A stretch of 64,000 nt of DNA from an uncultured Candidatus Saccharibacteria bacterium (GTDB taxonomy: Bacteria > Patescibacteriota > Minisyncoccia > Phycocordibacterales > Phycocordibacteraceae), in the NCBI GenBank assembly GCA_964398865.1, contig CAYNOO010000002.1, positions 3,588 to 67,587 of the forward strand, in the 5' to 3' direction. The translations under genes were made by a program, and so were the position numbers. The notes under the pieces were generated by a model. It made no database searches. It was not told the DNA's origin and worked only from the letters and a program-made list of their open reading frames with translations. Of this stretch, positions 7,044-15,879 are shown one piece after another (within the stretch, counting starts at the first letter, position 1; each line of letters starts with the position of its first letter).

Positions 7044-9473
7044 CTACGCGGCTTTAAGCAGCTCTAGCGCTTCGGGTACAGTCAGTTTCTCAGGATCTAG
7101 GTTTTCTGGAATGCGCACATGTTTGAATCCTTTCTTCAGAAAGAATCCACTCTTTGATTTATAAAGGTAAATCTTTTTCTTGGTACGTGGATGCGTTCCC
7201 ACTTCGCGAGCAATCGCGATACCGGGGCGTCCTTTCTTTGGCTCTTTCAATATCTCCAATGCGCGCTCATAGGTTATTCCGTAAGGCTCGTCAGCACCTT
7301 TGAGAGAGCGAAAATCTCCGTTGTGCACGATAAACGGTCCAAATTTTCCTATGGCTGCTGTGATAGGCATGCTGGAATCAGGATGAGTCCCGAGTTCTCT
7401 CGGAAGAGAAAGCAGTTTCACTGCTTGTTCCATAGTGATTGTTTCAGGATTTATTTCAGGTGGAATGCTCGCTTTCCTGGTGTCAGGTTTCTTTGCCTTC
7501 CTCTTTTTCTCCTTGCCCGCCGAAGCCTCGGCGGGGGCGGGTGCTTTCTCCTCCATCTTTTCTCCCATCTCAAGGTACGGACCGAAGCGACCCACACGCA
7601 CGTGCACTGGGTGCCCCGTTTCTGGGTGATTGCCAATTGATTCTGATTCCTTGATGACCTCTCCCTTTTCGGTGCGCGATCCCTTGCAGTCGGGGAAGCG
7701 AGAACAACTCATGAATACGCCCGTGCGTGAAAGCTTCATGACCATTGGAGCTCCGCACAAGGGGCAGGGGAATTCTGGAGGTACATCGCCCAAGGTTGTG
7801 AGCTTCGCTATCCCTTCTTTTGAAGCGACATCTTTTGAAAACGGACCATAAAAATCAGTGAGAGTCTTTGTGTATTCGCGTTCTCCCGAAGCTATCTGGT
7901 CAAGTTCATCTTCCATTTCCGCCGTAAATGAATCGCTAATGTATTTCTCAAAGTTCTCTTCCAAGAAAGTTGAGACTACTTCGCCGGTTGTGGTCGGATG
8001 AAGTGCTCGTCCTATCTTCTCGACGTATCCGCGATCGACAACCGTCTTTATGATTGATGCATAGGTGGATGGTCTGCCGATGCCGCGCTTTTCTAGCTCC
8101 TTCACGAGACCCGCTTCGGTATAGCGTCCGGGAGGCTGGGTATATTTCTCCTCAGATGCGATCTTCTGCAGTTTTAATGCCTCACCCTTCTTCGCTTCCG
8201 GGAGTATCGTCTCTTCTCCCTTAGCATCGCTATCTGCCGCGAGCCAGCCATCGAAGTGAACGGTTGAGCCAGTAACGCCGAACTCGGGCATTGCCTCGCC
8301 GGAGCCTTGTGCGGAGGCGGGAACTTCAATATTTGCGATGATTTTCGCGCGTGTCATTATCGCGTCTGCCATCTGAGAGGCAACAGTGCGTGCACGAATG
8401 AGCGCGTACAGGCGTTCCTCTTCTTCTGTCGCCCCTGCCGTTTTAACCGAGACATCCGTCGGACGCACTGCTTCATGAGCTTCCTGTGCATTTTTGCTCT
8501 TCGTCTTGTAGGTTCGGATCTCCAAATATTTGTCTCCGTACTCTTTCTTGACGTGAGCCGCTATCGCGCTCACGGCTACGTCAGCGAGGTTCGTGCTATC
8601 GGTGCGCATGTAGGTTATGTGTCCTGCTTCATAGAGTCTTTGCGCGGTGCGCATCGTTCGCGATGGAGAGAAGCCAAGACGTGAACTTGCTGCCTGCTGC
8701 AAGGTGGATGTCGTGAACGGAGCCTTTGGGGAGCGCTTCACTGGCGAAGAGGTGACATCTGCAACTATCCACGCACCTTTTTCACCGTTCGCTACTATTT
8801 TTTCTGCTTCTTCAACGCTGGTCGGTTCAATAGAGCAGGTGGCAGTAAAGGTATCTTCTCGCGGAGTTTGTAAGTCTGCAGTGATGACGAAATATTGCTC
8901 TGGCTTGAATGCGCGAATCTCACGCTCTTTCTCTACGAGTATGCGCAACGCTGGTGACTGCACGCGCCCTGCGGAGAGCCCGTATCGAACTTTTTTCCAA
9001 ATGAGTCCAGAGAGGTCATATCCGACGAGCCGATCAAGCACACGCCTTGCTTCCTGAGCCTTACGAAGGTCTTGGTCAATTTTGCGCGGATGAGCGATTG
9101 CCTCTGTTACAGCGTCCTTTGTAATCTCATTGAAGACGACACGCTTCGCTCCTTTCAGGTTTGCCGCTTCGTTCAAGTGCCAGGCGATAGCTTCTCCTTC
9201 ACGGTCAGGGTCGGTTGCGAGCAATACCTCGTCGGCTTTCATAGCAGCTTCCGCAATCTTCTTGATGACGTCCGCTTTCCCGGGAACCGTAACGTAGCGG
9301 GGAATAAATCCGCCTTCTATGTCAATGGCGTCTTTGCTTGATTTCGGCAGGTCGCGTACGTGACCTACAGACGCAAGCACCTTGTAGCCTGTGCCCAGAT
9401 ATTTTTCAATCGTCTTCGCCTTTGCGGGCGATTCTACGATAACGAGCGTACTCTTTGCGCCTTTTGTTGTCAT
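7044..9473 (-). CDS. topA: DNA topoisomerase I
   Basis: LVIVESPAKAKTI, ATDPDREGEAI, SAGRVQS, ITYMRTDS, a Zn ribbon and Topo-C repeats. Confidence 0.98.
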   Translation of the reverse strand: MTTKGAKSTLVIVESPAKAKTIEKYLGTGYKVLASVGHVRDLPKSSKDAIDIEGGFIPRYVTVPGKADVIKKIAEAAMKADEVLLATDPDREGEAIAWHLNEAANLKGAKRVVFNEITKDAVTEAIAHPRKIDQDLRKAQEARRVLDRLVGYDLSGLIWKKVRYGLSAGRVQSPALRILVEKEREIRAFKPEQYFVITADLQTPREDTFTATCSIEPTSVEEAEKIVANGEKGAWIVADVTSSPVKRSPKAPFTTSTLQQAASSRLGFSPSRTMRTAQRLYEAGHITYMRTDSTNLADVAVSAIAAHVKKEYGDKYLEIRTYKTKSKNAQEAHEAVRPTDVSVKTAGATEEEERLYALIRARTVASQMADAIMTRAKIIANIEVPASAQGSGEAMPEFGVTGSTVHFDGWLAADSDAKGEETILPEAKKGEALKLQKIASEEKYTQPPGRYTEAGLVKELEKRGIGRPSTYASIIKTVVDRGYVEKIGRALHPTTTGEVVSTFLEENFEKYISDSFTAEMEDELDQIASGEREYTKTLTDFYGPFSKDVASKEGIAKLTTLGDVPPEFPCPLCGAPMVMKLSRTGVFMSCSRFPDCKGSRTEKGEVIKESESIGNHPETGHPVHVRVGRFGPYLEMGEKMEEKAPAPAEASAGKEKKRKAKKPDTRKASIPPEINPETITMEQAVKLLSLPRELGTHPDSSMPITAAIGKFGPFIVHNGDFRSLKGADEPYGITYERALEILKEPKKGRPGIAIAREVGTHPRTKKKIYLYKSKSGFFLKKGFKHVRIPENLDPEKLTVPEALELLKAA
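7516..7541. repeat. GC-rich palindromic element within the topA CDS
   Basis: cccgcc-gaa-gcc-tc-ggc-ggg-ggcggg, encoding PAPAEASAG. Confidence 0.65.
8295..8321. repeat. second related GC-rich palindromic element within the topA CDS
   Basis: ctcgcc-gga-gccttgtgc-gga-ggcggg (27 nt), encoding PASAQGSGE. Confidence 0.6.
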
Positions 9474-9530
9474 CAGCGCACACTAGTACGGTATGAATGT
9501 AAATGTGTCAAACCCCTATCCGATTTTTAA

Positions 9531-10382
9531 TCAGAGAATGGAGCGAATCTCACCCATTGATTCCGTAATAATTCTGCGAAGCTCCATCTGCGCTAGAAGC
9601 ACGTTCGCGCTTCCGATAGGCATTCCTAGCGTACGAATTAATTCATCGCGTGACATTGGTTCGTGTAGTATTTCAATCACTCGTCCTTCCTCTTCTGTCA
9701 GCGCGACACTCCTGCTCGTCTCTTCTTTTTTTATATTCAACGCGTCCAAAATATCTTCAGCCGTGCGCACTGGTCTCGCTCCGAGTCCCATAAAAAGATG
9801 CCCGCCCTCACCTCCTTCGGAAAATATAGAGTGAGGCACTATCAGTAACTCCCTATTATATTCAGTTGCGAGCCGGGCAGTTATGAGTGTCCCTGACTTT
9901 AAGCCCGCTTCTATGATGAGTACTGCATGGCTCATGCCGGCCATGAGGCGATTTCGCTTCGGAAATGTATACGGTGCTGCTCGCTCCTCAGGTTCCATTT
10001 CGGAGAGAAGTGCTCCACCGCTATTAACGATGTCGTGCGCTAACGAAAGGTGCGCGCGCGGATAGAGCACGTCTTCCGAAAGCCCTGATCCTGGAACCGC
10101 GATTGTCTGCAAATCTGCTTCAAGTGCAGCCCTATGGGCAACGCCATCGATGCCAAGCGCGAGACCCGAGACTATTGCGACCGGGTACCCAGCAAGTCCC
10201 TGTATCAAATGCTCGCACGTCTCCTTTCCGTACCGGCTCATTCGTCGGGACCCTACGACCGCAAGAAGCCTGGTTTCGATGGGTGGCAACGTACCTCGTA
10301 AATACAGAGTCGATGGAGGGTCAGGAATTTCAGACAAGAGTGGCGGGAAATTCTTCGGGTTTAGTTTTTTGATTTCTACCAT
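9531..10382 (-). CDS. dprA: DNA-processing protein DprA
   Basis: AVVGSR, IVSGLALGID, FPKRNRLMAG, SGTLITA and a C-terminal winged helix. Confidence 0.96.
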   Translation of the reverse strand: MVEIKKLNPKNFPPLLSEIPDPPSTLYLRGTLPPIETRLLAVVGSRRMSRYGKETCEHLIQGLAGYPVAIVSGLALGIDGVAHRAALEADLQTIAVPGSGLSEDVLYPRAHLSLAHDIVNSGGALLSEMEPEERAAPYTFPKRNRLMAGMSHAVLIIEAGLKSGTLITARLATEYNRELLIVPHSIFSEGGEGGHLFMGLGARPVRTAEDILDALNIKKEETSRSVALTEEEGRVIEILHEPMSRDELIRTLGMPIGSANVLLAQMELRRIITESMGEIRSIL

Positions 10383-10470
10383 CGTGTTACTATTTTAGCT
10401 TGGAGTGTTTGTGTTTCCGTAATTTTTCCTCTCCAAGTGATCCCTTCGGATCCGACGAAGCATCGTCTAA

Positions 10471-10498
10471 AACCTGACACCTACAACCTGTAACCTAT
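10471..10498. repeat. degenerate heptamer tandem tract (AACCTGN-like x4)
   Basis: aacctga cacctac aacctgt aacctat immediately upstream of serS. Confidence 0.65.
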
Positions 10499-10503
10499 TT
10501 ACA

Positions 10504-11787
10504 ATGATCGACATCAAATTCATTCAAGAAAACCCCGACATCGTCAGAGCGGCGATTTTGAATAAGAAAGGGAAGCCGGTTGATATTGATGAAGTCCTAA
10601 AACTCTCTGAAGAGCGGAAAGCCGCCAGGCAGCGAATTGACGAAGTGAATCGGAAAAGAAATGAAGCCGCCTCCGCGCGCGACATCGAGTCTGGGAAGCG
10701 GCTCAAAGAAGAGCTTCAGGCGCTTGAAGAGAGGCACGGAGAGATTGAGAAACAATTGGTTGCGCTTCTCTTGAAGATTCCCAACATACCTTCTCCTGAT
10801 ACGCCGGTAGGTGAGGATGAGAAAGAGAATGTTGTTTTGCGCGAAGTAGGCGAAAAAAGAAGTTTCGGTTCTTTCTCGCCGCGCCAGCATTTTGATATAG
10901 GGGAGGCGCTCCATGCGCTCAATTTTGAAAAGGCCGGAGCGGTATCAGGTGCTCGGTTTGCCTACATCATGGGGGATTTGGCGCTCATGCAGTTCGCACT
11001 TCTGAATCTCGCCATGAAAGTGCTCACTGACGAGGATATCCTCAAAGGAATCGTGGAGCGCGCAGGTCTTAAAGTTTCCACCAAGCCGTTCATCCCCGTT
11101 ATCCCTCCTTATATGCTGCGTTCTGCCGTAATGAACAGGATGGCGCGTCTTGATCCAATCGAGGAGCGTTACTATTTTGAAAAAGACGACGAGGTTTTGA
11201 TAGGGAGCGCCGAGCACACCTTGGGACCGCTTCATATGGATGAGGTTATTCCTGAGGAACAACTTCCCATACGCTATGTGGGCTATTCGCCGTCATTCCG
11301 TCGCGAAGCCGGCTCGTATGGTAAAGACACGCGGGGGCTGATTCGCATGCATCATTTTGACAAGGTTGAGATGGAAACATTTACGAAACCTGAAGAGGGT
11401 TACCAGGAGCAGGATTTCATGGTCGCTGTCCAAGAGCATTTCTTGCAGCTTCTAGGTCTGCCATACCGGGCAGTGTCTATCTGTACCGGAGACATGGGAT
11501 TCCCGGATCATCGTCAGTTTGATATGGAAACCTGGATGCCAGGGCAAGGGGCATATCGCGAAACCCACACGTCAGACTACATGGGGGGCTTTCAAGCGCG
11601 CCGCCTCAATACCCGTGTGAAGCGCACAGACGGGGCAATGGAATTCGTCCACATGAATGACGCGACCTTGGTAGCTATGGGTAGAACGCTCGCAGCCATT
11701 CTTGAGAACTACCAGGAATCAAATGGCACCGTGCGTGTGCCGAAAGCGCTTCAACAATACGTTGGAAAGGATATACTGAAAGTCTAA
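10504..11787 (+). CDS. serS: serine--tRNA ligase
   Basis: N-terminal coiled coil, IPNIP, FRREAGSYGKDTRGLIRMHHFDKVE and ILENYQ. Confidence 0.97.
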   Translation: MIDIKFIQENPDIVRAAILNKKGKPVDIDEVLKLSEERKAARQRIDEVNRKRNEAASARDIESGKRLKEELQALEERHGEIEKQLVALLLKIPNIPSPDTPVGEDEKENVVLREVGEKRSFGSFSPRQHFDIGEALHALNFEKAGAVSGARFAYIMGDLALMQFALLNLAMKVLTDEDILKGIVERAGLKVSTKPFIPVIPPYMLRSAVMNRMARLDPIEERYYFEKDDEVLIGSAEHTLGPLHMDEVIPEEQLPIRYVGYSPSFRREAGSYGKDTRGLIRMHHFDKVEMETFTKPEEGYQEQDFMVAVQEHFLQLLGLPYRAVSICTGDMGFPDHRQFDMETWMPGQGAYRETHTSDYMGGFQARRLNTRVKRTDGAMEFVHMNDATLVAMGRTLAAILENYQESNGTVRVPKALQQYVGKDILKV

Positions 11788-11789
11788 GT

Positions 11790-12620
11790 ATGGCTGATTC
11801 TCCTCAACAAAAACTGCGTCTCAAAGATAGGCGCCGTCGTTTGATGTGGATAAAAGTTGCTGCAGGGAGCACCGTAGTGGCGCTATCGCTTGTTCTTGTA
11901 TGGTTTGTGGCGCGTTTACCCAGCGTTACCATCTCTTCAGTTGAGGTGAAAGGGACGAGTCTGGTATCGGCAGAAGCATTGAAGGGCGCTGCAGAGGAAA
12001 AATTGAGTGGCTCCTATGCGTATCTGATTCCTCGAAAAAATTCACTTGTTTTCCCAGAGAGAGATATCAAAGAAACACTTGCCGTTCTATTTCCGCCGCT
12101 CTCAAAGATCACAATTTCGCGCAACGGCTTCACCGGACTCACTCTCACCGTAGAAGAGCGTGTAGCGGTTGCGAGTTGGTGCAGTGGTGTTCCTCAAGAG
12201 GTAAATGCTGATTCAGAAGTTTCCGATGTTTCTTGTTATAGCATCGATAAAACTGGATTCATTTTTGCACCTGCTGGCGCGGAATCTACAATTCGTTTTT
12301 ATGGTGCGCTTTCAGAAAATCCTATAGGCAAGACATATCTTGACGGAGGTTTTGCATCGTTGCATGCGTTAGTAGCAGATATTAGTTCATCAATAAATCG
12401 TGTTCCCGATACAGTTGTTGTCGACGGCGCTTCAAGTGATGTTGCGGTTACCTTTCAGGGCGGTGAAGTTCTAAAGTTTGTACGTTCATCCAATCAGCAG
12501 GCAACGCTTGCCAATATCGCTTCAGTGTTCGCGTCGCAGAGTTTCAAATCCGGAACGGAGTTCGAGTATGCGGACTTCCGCTTCGGCGATAAGGTTTACG
12601 TTAAGTTTAAAGGGGAATAA
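11790..12620 (+). CDS. FtsQ/DivIB-like bitopic membrane protein
   Basis: Basic N-terminus, one TM helix, POTRA-like ISSVEVKG...LTLTVEER and C-terminal EYADFRFGDKVY. Confidence 0.7.
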   Translation: MADSPQQKLRLKDRRRRLMWIKVAAGSTVVALSLVLVWFVARLPSVTISSVEVKGTSLVSAEALKGAAEEKLSGSYAYLIPRKNSLVFPERDIKETLAVLFPPLSKITISRNGFTGLTLTVEERVAVASWCSGVPQEVNADSEVSDVSCYSIDKTGFIFAPAGAESTIRFYGALSENPIGKTYLDGGFASLHALVADISSSINRVPDTVVVDGASSDVAVTFQGGEVLKFVRSSNQQATLANIASVFASQSFKSGTEFEYADFRFGDKVYVKFKGE

Positions 12621-12626
12621 TTTTTT

Positions 12627-12758
12627 ATGTTGAGAAGTGAAAAAAGATTAGCTCTCATTGCAAAATGTGGATTTTGCCATCATGAAGAATGTGCAGAACT
12701 CCCGTGCCGTTGTACTGAAATGCTCTGTCCAGTGTGTCTCTGTCACGAAGAATTGTAA
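12627..12758 (+). CDS. 43-aa Cys/His-rich microprotein (metallothionein-like composition)
   Basis: Hand translation MLRSEKRLALIAKCGFCHHEECAELPCRCTEMLCPVCLCHEEL (8 Cys, 3 His). Confidence 0.55.
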   Translation: MLRSEKRLALIAKCGFCHHEECAELPCRCTEMLCPVCLCHEEL

Positions 12759-12793
12759 GTTTCTGGCTACATTTGCATAGTTTTTCTTTAGAT

Positions 12794-12967
12794 ATGTGGG
12801 AAAGAAGCAGTGTCTCTTCAAGACTAAAGAATGAGCAAATTTATTATTTTATGTTAGCGCGAGCTCATCCGGAGAGCGCTGATTATTATCTTAGGAGATG
12901 TCGAGAAATTTGGGGAACTTTTACGGAATTGTTAAAGAGAGAAACTATAGTCGAGCCAGTGCCATAG
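12794..12967 (+). CDS. 57-aa hypothetical microprotein
   Basis: ATG at 12794 within track ORF 12734..12967. Part of a co-oriented micro-ORF run. Confidence 0.4.
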   Translation: MWERSSVSSRLKNEQIYYFMLARAHPESADYYLRRCREIWGTFTELLKRETIVEPVP

Positions 12968-13006
12968 TTAGTGGGCATGGCCTACTTTTTATGATTCACT
13001 GTCTGT

Positions 13007-13150
13007 ATGTCGGAGAATAACCCTGCCGAATCAAGCCCTGTAGAGAGAAAACCGTGGTGGATACGTGTGCGAGAGCGTCTCATGAGAAATCTTAGAATGT
13101 CGCCCACTACTCGTGAACGACGAGAAAAAGATATCGAACTTTCTCGTTAA
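13007..13150 (+). CDS. 47-aa Arg-rich hypothetical microprotein
   Basis: Hand translation MSENNPAESSPVERKPWWIRVRERLMRNLRMSPTTRERREKDIELSR. Confidence 0.45.
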   Translation: MSENNPAESSPVERKPWWIRVRERLMRNLRMSPTTRERREKDIELSR

Positions 13151-13157
13151 GTGATTC

Positions 13158-13451
13158 ATGCGACGCAAAGAAATTCATAGAGAAGAGTTCCGTCATCTTG
13201 AACCGCCGCCAGATGGGATGCTTAACATCGCTCCGTGGTTCTCAAAGCCGGAAAACCCTGGCTATAGGTTTCAGGAACAGTCTCTTTTCTGTATGTCTTG
13301 CAAGCCGCCGCGATATATCGGCAAGCGGATCACTATTACCTCTCCAGGCACCGACAAGCAGCGCTGGTTTTCTGATGATCTGTATAGAGGAGAGTCCTAT
13401 GCATTTGATGCACGAGAACGCGTAAGGTGCGGCAGACACTCTGATAGCTAA
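13158..13451 (+). CDS. 97-aa hypothetical protein with CxxC...CxxH motif
   Basis: Track ORF containing CMSC and CGRH. Confidence 0.55.
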   Translation: MRRKEIHREEFRHLEPPPDGMLNIAPWFSKPENPGYRFQEQSLFCMSCKPPRYIGKRITITSPGTDKQRWFSDDLYRGESYAFDARERVRCGRHSDS

Positions 13452-13512
13452 TTCAATGGTAGATAGTTTTTCGGAAATTTGTATTTCTGTAGATTTGTCT
13501 TAGAGTACAGAA

Positions 13513-13713
13513 ATGGGCATTGAAGGAGAAGATAAGTCCGGCTTACTTAGTTCTATTGAGGGAGACTGTCTTCATGAGAGAGCACTTTTTGGTCTCGGTG
13601 ATTTTTTAGATCGAAGAAAAAGAATTCTGTATGGGAAGTGTACGCGTTGCGGCAGATCTGCTACTGCTGAGGTTTCTGAGGAAATCATTTCTGAATATTT
13701 CCCACAAGTTTAA
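13513..13713 (+). CDS. 66-aa hypothetical protein with CxH...CxxC motif
   Basis: Track ORF containing CLH and CTRCG. TTGTAT-N16-TAGAGT ends 6 nt before the ATG. Confidence 0.6.
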   Translation: MGIEGEDKSGLLSSIEGDCLHERALFGLGDFLDRRKRILYGKCTRCGRSATAEVSEEIISEYFPQV

Positions 13714-13718
13714 AATAT

Positions 13719-14687
13719 ATGCATAGAGGATTTTGGGACAAGCTAGAAAAGCCGTTTTTGGTACTTGCACCGCTCGCGGATGTAACGGATGCGGCATTTC
13801 GGCGTTTGATTGCAAAGTATGGCAAGCCGCAGGCGATGTGGACGGAGTTCGTTTCTGCGGACGGGTTGGTGCGCGCGCCTGAGGAGGGAAGAAAGAAACT
13901 CCTGGCGGATTTGATATACACCGAAAGCGAACGCCCTATCATCGCTCAGTTCTTTACCGGTAATCCAGAGCACATGGAAAAAACAGCTGCTCTTGCGCGA
14001 GAACTTGGTTTTGATGGCATTGATATCAACATGGGTTGCCCAGACAAATCAATCGAGAAGCAAAAAGCGGGCGCTGCGATGATGAAAGATCCAACACTCG
14101 CGAAGGTGGTAATTAAAGCTGCAATCAAAGGTGCTGGTAGTTTGCCTGTCTCAGTGAAGACACGAATCGGCTACAACAAAGATGAGCTTGCAGAGTGGCT
14201 GCCGCATCTCTTAGAAACCGAACTCGCGGCAATCACCATCCATGCACGCACCAGAAAGGAAATGTCTCTCGTGCCGGCACACTGGGAGAAAGTAGCTCAA
14301 GCTGTAGAGCTGCGCGATTCGCTCAACCCCGATGTTCTTATTCTCGGGAATGGTGATGCCTTAGGGATTGAAGACGCGAAGAAGAAAGCCGAGCAATCAG
14401 GCGCTGACGGTGTGATGCTCGGTCGTGCAATATTCGGGAACCCGTGGCTCTTCGGCTCCGGGCGTGATTTGGTATCTATAGAAGAGCGGTTGCGGGTTAT
14501 GGTTGAACACTCCAAGCTCTTTGAGGAGCTTTTACCGCACAAGAGCTTCGCTATAATGAAGAAACACTATAAAGCCTATGTTGCGGGTTTTGATGGTGCT
14601 GCAGAGCTTCGGGCGGAACTGATGAGAGCAGAAAATGCCACAGAAGTAGGGGGCGCTGTGGACAGGTTCTTTACTTCAACGCATTAG
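13719..14687 (+). CDS. tRNA-dihydrouridine synthase (Dus family)
   Basis: LAPLADVTD..FR, IDINMGCP, VSVKTRIG, IHARTR, GNGD and GVMLGRA. Confidence 0.95.
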   Translation: MHRGFWDKLEKPFLVLAPLADVTDAAFRRLIAKYGKPQAMWTEFVSADGLVRAPEEGRKKLLADLIYTESERPIIAQFFTGNPEHMEKTAALARELGFDGIDINMGCPDKSIEKQKAGAAMMKDPTLAKVVIKAAIKGAGSLPVSVKTRIGYNKDELAEWLPHLLETELAAITIHARTRKEMSLVPAHWEKVAQAVELRDSLNPDVLILGNGDALGIEDAKKKAEQSGADGVMLGRAIFGNPWLFGSGRDLVSIEERLRVMVEHSKLFEELLPHKSFAIMKKHYKAYVAGFDGAAELRAELMRAENATEVGGAVDRFFTSTH

Positions 14688-14713
14688 CCGTGTAGACTAC
14701 CTCTAATTTAGGT

Positions 14714-14806
14714 ATGTCGATTCGCCGCAAGCTTCGCCACTTCCAGAAACAGGAATTTAATTTCCATCAAACCCTCCATTCATTGGAGGGTTTTTTCAAT
14801 CTATGA
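14714..14806 (+). promoter_or_regulatory. putative 30-aa leader peptide ORF of a transcription attenuator upstream of carA
   Basis: MSIRRKLRHFQKQEFNFHQTLHSLEGFFNL*. It reads through the terminator and its TGA overlaps the carA ATG (ctATGA). Confidence 0.6.
14769..14796 (+). terminator. intrinsic terminator/attenuator hairpin in the carA leader
   Basis: aaaccctcca-ttcat-tggagggttt followed by ttt, ending 6 nt before the carA ATG. Confidence 0.8.
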
Positions 14807-15879
14807 AACTCATCTTGAAAGACAAGTCGGTTTTCGAAGGCGAAAGTTTTGGTGCAGATGTACCCATCGCTGGCGAAGTCGTTTTCAACACGGGCATGGT
14901 TGGTTACGTCGAGAGTCTCTCGGATCCTTCGTACGCCGGGCAGATACTCGTCTGTACGTATCCTCTCATAGGTAACTATGGCGTGCCGAGCCCAGAATTC
15001 TTCGAATCAAATAAAATTCATGCAGCTGGTCTCGTGGTGAGCGAGTACAGCGAGAAGTACTCGAGCCACACTGCGAAGCAGTCGTTATCTGAATGGCTCA
15101 AACGCTCTGGTGTCCCGGCGCTCTCTGGTGTTGATACGCGTGCGATTACGAAGCGACTTCGCGAGCATGGTGTCATGTTGGGGCAGCTCGTTCCTCACGG
15201 TCGCCCTGGGAAATTCACAGATCCCAATGACGAGAATCTCGTTGCGCAGGTAAGTGTTGCGAAAAAAGAAATTTACGGAAATGGGAAAACCGTCATTGTT
15301 GCGGTGGACTGCGGTATGAAAGAGAATATCGTGCGCTCGTTATTGAAGTTTGATGTCACGATCATCCGTGTGCCCTGGGATTACGATTTCACGAATGAAA
15401 ACTACGATGGCTTGTTTCTTTCGAACGGTCCCGGTGACCCGATGATGTGTGGTGCCACGGTCGCACACATCCAGAAGGCGATAGAAAGCGGGAAGCCAAT
15501 CTTGGGAATCTGTCTCGGCACTCAGCTTCTGGCGCTTGCAGCCGGAGCGCGCACGTACAAATTAAAGTACGGACATCGCGGTCAGAATCAGTCATGTATT
15601 GATATTCTTGGAAATGCAAAACCTGGCGCTCGTGCGAAAGACCGCTGCTACATAACCTCACAGAATCACGGCTACGCGGTAGATAAGAAGACTCTCCCGA
15701 AAGAGTGGAAGGTCTGGTTTGAGAATGCGAACGACGGCTCTGTCGAAGGAATCAGACATACAACGAAGCCATGGCGTGCAGTGCAATTTCATCCAGAGGC
15801 ATCTCCTGGACCTACTGACACAAGTTGGATTTTTGAGGATTTCATTCGCACGGTAAAGGCGGCAAAAAAACATGCTTAA
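14803..15879 (+). CDS. carA: carbamoyl-phosphate synthase small subunit
   Basis: GEVVFNTGMVGY, LSNGPGDP, GICLG, SQNHGY and QFHPE. Confidence 0.97.
   Translation: MKLILKDKSVFEGESFGADVPIAGEVVFNTGMVGYVESLSDPSYAGQILVCTYPLIGNYGVPSPEFFESNKIHAAGLVVSEYSEKYSSHTAKQSLSEWLKRSGVPALSGVDTRAITKRLREHGVMLGQLVPHGRPGKFTDPNDENLVAQVSVAKKEIYGNGKTVIVAVDCGMKENIVRSLLKFDVTIIRVPWDYDFTNENYDGLFLSNGPGDPMMCGATVAHIQKAIESGKPILGICLGTQLLALAAGARTYKLKYGHRGQNQSCIDILGNAKPGARAKDRCYITSQNHGYAVDKKTLPKEWKVWFENANDGSVEGIRHTTKPWRAVQFHPEASPGPTDTSWIFEDFIRTVKAAKKHA

Noticed and set aside
10383-10503. T-box leader upstream of serS
   Set aside because: The region is too short, with no T-box consensus (GGTGGNACCGCG) or terminator, only small hairpins and a heptamer tract.
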